Source: Candidatus Omnitrophota bacterium (GTDB lineage Bacteria; Omnitrophota; Gorgyraeia; B26-G9). From it: 64,000 nt of DNA. The DNA lies in assembly GCA_043814605.1 (NCBI GenBank), contig JBDRJV010000013.1:34471-98470 (forward strand), in the 5' to 3' direction. Below the pieces are notes generated by a model. That model did not search any database. It was not told where the DNA came from and saw nothing but the letters and a program-made list of their open reading frames with translations. This document shows, in pieces, positions 59,551 through 64,000 of this stretch (the first letter of the stretch is position 1; each line of letters starts with the position of its first letter). Made by a program: the position numbers and the translations under genes.

Positions 59551-59754
59551 TTAACTTTTTTTGGTCAAAGAAATTTTATAATCGTCATCCCCTGTTAGTA
59601 TTATATGCCCTTCACGAGCCAGCCAGCCAATACTCATCATCATAAGTCTTTCTGGCTTGCCAATATCACGAAGTAAATTCGACAAGGAGACTTCGCCGTG
59701 TTCATCCAAGTAATGCCAAATATCTCCTGCGGTTATTCCGATATCTATTTTCAT
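59551..59754 (-). CDS. Small hypothetical protein (wHTH-like)
   Basis: ORF only. Confidence 0.25.
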   Translation of the reverse strand: MKIDIGITAGDIWHYLDEHGEVSLSNLLRDIGKPERLMMMSIGWLAREGHIILTGDDDYKISLTKKS

Positions 59755-59769
59755 GTTTACTCCTCTGCT

Positions 59770-59970
59770 TTAAGAATGTATATCATCATCGACATCCTCA
59801 CTATCCTTCTCATCATCCTCAACCACTTTAAATTCTCTTAATCTTAATGGATCAGAATCAACAATCTCAAGCTCAATATCACAAGTTGGGCAGTAAACAA
59901 TATCTCCTTCTTCAAAATGATCGCTTTCCTCAAGTACAGCACGGCATTCAGGACACCGTATAACCTTCAT
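59770..59970 (-). CDS. LysW-like zinc-ribbon amino-group carrier-type small protein with acidic C-tail
   Basis: CPECRAVLEE...GDIVYCPTCDIELEIVDSDPLRL + EDDEKDSEDVDDD. Confidence 0.45.
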   Translation of the reverse strand: MKVIRCPECRAVLEESDHFEEGDIVYCPTCDIELEIVDSDPLRLREFKVVEDDEKDSEDVDDDIHS

Positions 59971-60018
59971 TTCTTCCTCCTGATAAAATTAAACTGGGAT
60001 TTAAATAAATTAAAAAAA

Positions 60019-60303
60019 CTACATATAATTGTAATCAACTGCAACCGGGCCATTTTCAGTTTCTTTAATGATTAATTCTACTTCATCCCCTTCTTCTAAA
60101 TCCATACCCTCAATTTCATCAGAGATCATAATTTTTTGACCTTCAATTACTACATAAGCACCATCTTCCGCTACTTCCTGGACAATCCCCTTTAATGTGT
60201 TTTCTTCCTGTGCAAATATCGGACTGCAAACAATTGCCATCAAAAAACACACGCAAACTATACTGCTAATCTTTTTTAACATTTTCCCTCCATTTTTTAC
60301 CAT
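60019..60303 (-). CDS. Small secreted hypothetical protein
   Basis: Signal peptide. Confidence 0.3.
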   Translation of the reverse strand: MVKNGGKMLKKISSIVCVCFLMAIVCSPIFAQEENTLKGIVQEVAEDGAYVVIEGQKIMISDEIEGMDLEEGDEVELIIKETENGPVAVDYNYM

Positions 60304-60677
60304 TAATCACAAAACCCTACATTTTCTAACTACCTACTGACACAACTAATTACAACTATTTATATATCATCCTGCAACTTTAAGCCGCTGCATTATTTTT
60401 CTTAGCTTTTACTTTGCCGCCGGTTTTGCGGCCTTCCCAGCCCCTGTTTCCCACCTCCTTAATTTCAAATTTGAACAATTTAATATGCTTATTTTACCAT
60501 ATTACTAAGTATCTATATACTATAGTTAAAATACTTTGTCAATATAATTTTGATGAAGTTACAAGTTATAAGTGATAAGTTAAAAGTAAAAAACTAATCT
60601 GTGTTCATCAAGAAAAAATCCTTATTTATCCCTATTTCAAATCTGTCCTTTCCCGTTTTCATTTATATCATCTAGGG

Positions 60678-61976
60678 TTAAAACCCTTTTTTAAACTTTA
60701 ACCAGATATTGGTTTCTCCGTCTGCTTCTTTTTTATCATTTTCTGCCTGATTTTCTTTCCCATTAATTTGTATGTTTTTTTCTGCTTCCACAGCAAAAGA
60801 TTCTGTGATTTTTTGCTCAACCGCAATTTTTTGATTAATCACAGCCTTGTCTTTTTCTAATTTTGTCTGTTCAATCCCGTATTTTAACTCTGTTTTTCCG
60901 GAAACTTCTTTGGTTATTTGGGCTTCTTTGGTATTACCATTATATTTTAATAAAACAGAATTTAACCCCAGCCGCTTGGCCAGCCGATTACCCGCGCCGC
61001 CAAAAATAAAATAATCCACTAAATCCGCAGCGATGTCCGGACTCACGCGGCTATTTTCCAAACTGCCAAAAATACTCATCCAGCTTTTTCCTGTTGCCAG
61101 CATTACAGTAAGTTTATCTTCGGATAAAAAAGGCTCAGAACTCAGCTTTACTTCCGGAGTATCTAATTCCCCTTTAACCGTAATATTTATTTTTGTTTTT
61201 TCAACAACCGAAATGCCGTACAAATCAAAATTTGGCTGTTTTGGTTTACCCGAAAATATAATTTTACTCTCCTGCAGTTTAACCAAAGCCGTTTTCTCCC
61301 CAGAAATTTCTCCGCTTTTGAGTACTATTTCTCCGTAAATTTTAATATCTTTTTTAATATCACTAACATTCAAATTCAAAGCAATTGGACACTGCCGCAT
61401 AACAAATTTATGCCACTTTAATTCATTAACAAAAAATTCACCTATGAGATTAGGTTCGGATATTTTCCCTTTAATAATAATATCAAAACCCTCAATTAGT
61501 CCGGAAATGCTTTTGGGGATTTGTATCCCGGGTAATAAATTAAATAAGGAACGTACATGTATGCCCTTGGAATAAACCGACAAATCCAGCGTTTTGTTTT
61601 CATAAGAACCGTAAAAAAGTATTGTATCCATATTGGGTAAAAATAATCTTGCATTCTGAACTTTTACCTGTAGCCCATCAAAATTTAAAGAGTCAAGGTT
61701 TAGGTCAAGCTGTTGAATCTTGACTACGCTTCCTTCCGGAAGGATTTTAATATCATTAAGCTCAAGATTATAATAGGTTATGCCTTTGGCTAAGCTGCCT
61801 TGGGATTTATTTATTTCCACGGTATCTGTCTGAGCATAATTTTTAATCCCAAAACGCGCAATCATGAGAGCGCCTTGTCCGGTAAAAATAAAAAAATAAA
61901 GCAATCCTGCCGTAAGCAGAATGCTTGCCATAAAAATTAAAATTATTGTTTTAGTTTTCACTTTCAGGCTAATCAT
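60678..61976 (-). CDS. AsmA-like/TamB-like outer-membrane-assembly-related protein
   Basis: N-terminal TM anchor then beta-rich periplasmic region. Confidence 0.3.
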   Translation of the reverse strand: MISLKVKTKTIILIFMASILLTAGLLYFFIFTGQGALMIARFGIKNYAQTDTVEINKSQGSLAKGITYYNLELNDIKILPEGSVVKIQQLDLNLDSLNFDGLQVKVQNARLFLPNMDTILFYGSYENKTLDLSVYSKGIHVRSLFNLLPGIQIPKSISGLIEGFDIIIKGKISEPNLIGEFFVNELKWHKFVMRQCPIALNLNVSDIKKDIKIYGEIVLKSGEISGEKTALVKLQESKIIFSGKPKQPNFDLYGISVVEKTKINITVKGELDTPEVKLSSEPFLSEDKLTVMLATGKSWMSIFGSLENSRVSPDIAADLVDYFIFGGAGNRLAKRLGLNSVLLKYNGNTKEAQITKEVSGKTELKYGIEQTKLEKDKAVINQKIAVEQKITESFAVEAEKNIQINGKENQAENDKKEADGETNIWLKFKKGF

Positions 61977-62210
61977 GTTTTACAATTACTATTTGTTATA
62001 TTTTTCTATATTCTATAGTGTTTTTGCCTTTAAACCAGGAACCCAATACAATCGGCAGAAGATAAAATAAGGATAAGCTTATTCTGTAGCCAGTTATATA
62101 ATCTAAAAAACCTATTGTCAAAAGAAGGCATACACTCAGGCAAACCAATGTTTTTTTTGGCAGTTTCCCTATTATTTTTAAAATATTACCTCCGACTACC
62201 TTCCCTCCTT

Positions 62211-62969
62211 TTAAGACAGATCATTACCAGTTGTCTGCACAAAATCATTTTTTAATTTTTTAGCTCTTATACACTGTCCCGTAGATACAATATCTGTCAC
62301 TTTAATTTTTATTATCACTGCATCCTTCATGTTTGAAAACTCAAAAGGACGATGAGCTTTTTCCCGGCGGATTCCTTCAATAATTCTTTTTGTTGAAAAT
62401 TGCAGTTCCCGGGCTGTTAATTGTTCAACCAACTGATCATGCATAATACCTTTATCCAGCAATTCTGCTCTTCCGGAAATTTGATAGTCTATTAAATTTT
62501 CCAGATCAATTATAGGGAAAGCTACCGCGTGATTTTGTTGAATATTTTCCCATGTTTTCTCCTGCATGTAATCAACCAGAAAAATTTCACTTTGTTCGCA
62601 TTTTATTAAAAATTTATTCGCCACATTTGGCCGGCCTTGAGAATCGCTTGTTGCCACAGCAATCCAATCTGCTTCTTCTAAGTATTTTTTTATCTTTAAG
62701 GGAATGATAATATTAGCCTTTTTTTTTATTTTCTTAGCGGCATAAAATACATTAGACTCAGCTAATTTAATTTTTAATCTTCCTGTTAGCTCATCCAAAC
62801 TGATTTTAAAAACATCAGCCAATTTTACCAGTGTTTTTAATGTGGGGTGTTTTGCTTTACCCTGCTCAATTTTCGTTATCGCGTTAAAAGACAACCCGGC
62901 TTCCTGAGCCAGCTTTTGCTGAGACCAGCCTTTTTTCTTGCGAAGTGCTTTAACTTTTTGTAACAACAT
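62211..62969 (-). CDS. XRE-family HTH transcriptional regulator with C-terminal unknown domain
   Basis: LRKKKGWSQQKLAQEAGLSFNAITKIEQGK. Confidence 0.7.
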   Translation of the reverse strand: MLLQKVKALRKKKGWSQQKLAQEAGLSFNAITKIEQGKAKHPTLKTLVKLADVFKISLDELTGRLKIKLAESNVFYAAKKIKKKANIIIPLKIKKYLEEADWIAVATSDSQGRPNVANKFLIKCEQSEIFLVDYMQEKTWENIQQNHAVAFPIIDLENLIDYQISGRAELLDKGIMHDQLVEQLTARELQFSTKRIIEGIRREKAHRPFEFSNMKDAVIIKIKVTDIVSTGQCIRAKKLKNDFVQTTGNDLS

Positions 62970-63240
62970 TTTTGTTAGCCTCTTGCTCTTATTGTAGTAT
63001 TATTCTTGTGGTATCTTTTAGTTATATTGTATCAGTTTGGCCATATTTTTCAAGACAATAATAAACCTAGTGATTTACATTTAAAAACCATATTTCCACC
63101 GCGTAGGTGTTAGATAGGTGTTAGAATGGTTGAGATAAAAATTTTTGGCAAAGATTAAATTATTGTGATATACTTTTACGAATAATTTTATATCTAAGAT
63201 TAATAACTAAATAAGGTTGCATCTAAGAAGTTAAATAAAT

Positions 63241-63999
63241 TTATTTTACAATTTGCCGCACAAATCTATCAATTTCCGGTGAAAAAATATCTTTATTACT
63301 TTTAATATTACAATCAATCAAATATCCATTATTTATCATTATAAAAGGCTCTGCTGAAGCCGGATGATCCACTTCTAAGCATAAGTCACCGCATTCCCGA
63401 GAACAAAATTTATCTGCTGTGTTAATTTCAGGTTCTGGCCTAAAAACACAATTTCTAGTCATTGTTACAACAGCATAAGGATAATATAAAGATATTTTAG
63501 TATATTTTGGCAATATGTAGGCATGAGTATGGGGTAAAGATGATATTTCAAAACGATTAACATCATAATTTTTTTTAAAAAAATCTACTTTGTTCTTATC
63601 TAGTACCTGTATAATTTTTTTTTGCGCTAAAGAATCTTTTTCTGATGAATTTCCATTTCTGTAAGGTAATTTAAATAATAAAGTAAAATGACAAATCATT
63701 CGTCCCATAACCGCCGGAAATTTTCTTTTCTTTTGCCTGTACCACTCAAGCATGCCAAAACTATTTATAACTAATTCAAAATCTTTCTGAATCGAATTAA
63801 GTTCATCTATAATTTTTTCCATTTTTCCAAAATATTGAGGTGTTATTATTGCAGGCAATACGAAACTGATTGGCTTAATTTTAGCAATTTCTTTGTAAAA
63901 CCGTACATCATGTACAAATTTATACTGACAAAATTCATTACCGCAATATATTCTTTTACAGCCTTTATTTGCTTTAATAATATCGGAATACTTTTCCAC
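63241..63999 (-). CDS. Hypothetical protein; start may lie beyond window end
   Basis: ORF abuts window edge. Confidence 0.3.
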   Translation of the reverse strand: MEKYSDIIKANKGCKRIYCGNEFCQYKFVHDVRFYKEIAKIKPISFVLPAIITPQYFGKMEKIIDELNSIQKDFELVINSFGMLEWYRQKKRKFPAVMGRMICHFTLLFKLPYRNGNSSEKDSLAQKKIIQVLDKNKVDFFKKNYDVNRFEISSLPHTHAYILPKYTKISLYYPYAVVTMTRNCVFRPEPEINTADKFCSRECGDLCLEVDHPASAEPFIMINNGYLIDCNIKSNKDIFSPEIDRFVRQIVK

Positions 64000-64000
64000 T

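Noticed and set aside
60390-60470. Possible tiny ORF after a strong AAGGAGGTGG motif on the minus strand
   Set aside because: No correctly spaced start codon follows the SD-like motif.

Overview
AT-rich (~33% GC by eye) bacterial chromosomal segment, almost entirely minus-strand coding. Gene content suggests an anaerobic or microaerophilic diderm: an OMP-like beta-barrel, an AsmA-like protein, DsrE-like and NifX-like proteins, ferredoxins, rubrerythrin/KatG/Prx and two Fur-family regulators.

Three zones stand out.

1. About 8.7-17.2 kb: a tightly packed operon of 14 genes. It combines DUF5320-like proteins (N-terminus MPRGDGTGP...), two NifX/NifB-type FeMo-co-domain proteins and two MinD/Mrp-type ATPases carrying 4Fe-4S ferredoxin inserts. 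It also holds DUF169, DUF89, DnaJ, two SAM methyltransferases, a NifU-like protein and an MBL hydrolase. A Fur-family regulator whose own N-terminus carries the same MPRRDGTGP motif sits immediately upstream, with a perfect 12-3-12 palindrome between them.

2. About 24.5-28.8 kb: an oxidative-stress cluster (ferredoxin, katG, peroxiredoxin, ferritin-like, PerR-like Fur). The peroxiredoxin has an in-frame TAG. The PerR-like gene has a perfect 16-bp palindrome on its promoter.

3. About 33.3-51.3 kb: an accessory, defence-like island ending at a tRNA-Asn(GUU) gene. That tRNA is split in the anticodon loop by a 572-nt group-I-like intron carrying an HNH endonuclease ORF. The island encodes:
- a PrimPol(AEP)-SF2 helicase-PLD nuclease fusion next to a Schlafen/AlbA_2-type regulator;
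- a HEPN/MNT pair;
- a PD-(D/E)xK-DUF2075 ATPase with a C-terminal LexA-like S24 peptidase domain, translationally coupled to a MazG-like pyrophosphohydrolase;
- an AbiEi/AbiEii pair;
- several secreted hypotheticals.

The island and some core intergenic regions are punctuated by repeat families:
- a ~235-bp GC-rich structured element (two copies);
- a GC-rich ~145-bp element (two copies), with scattered fragments of the tRNA-Asn T-arm/3' end;
- at least eight 'terminator + TGGCTCC...' units with shared hairpin modules.

The segment also encodes typA, recR, dnaX, two GGDEF proteins plus a receiver, a cNMP-binding protein and a CaCA antiporter. No CRISPR array or rRNA was seen.
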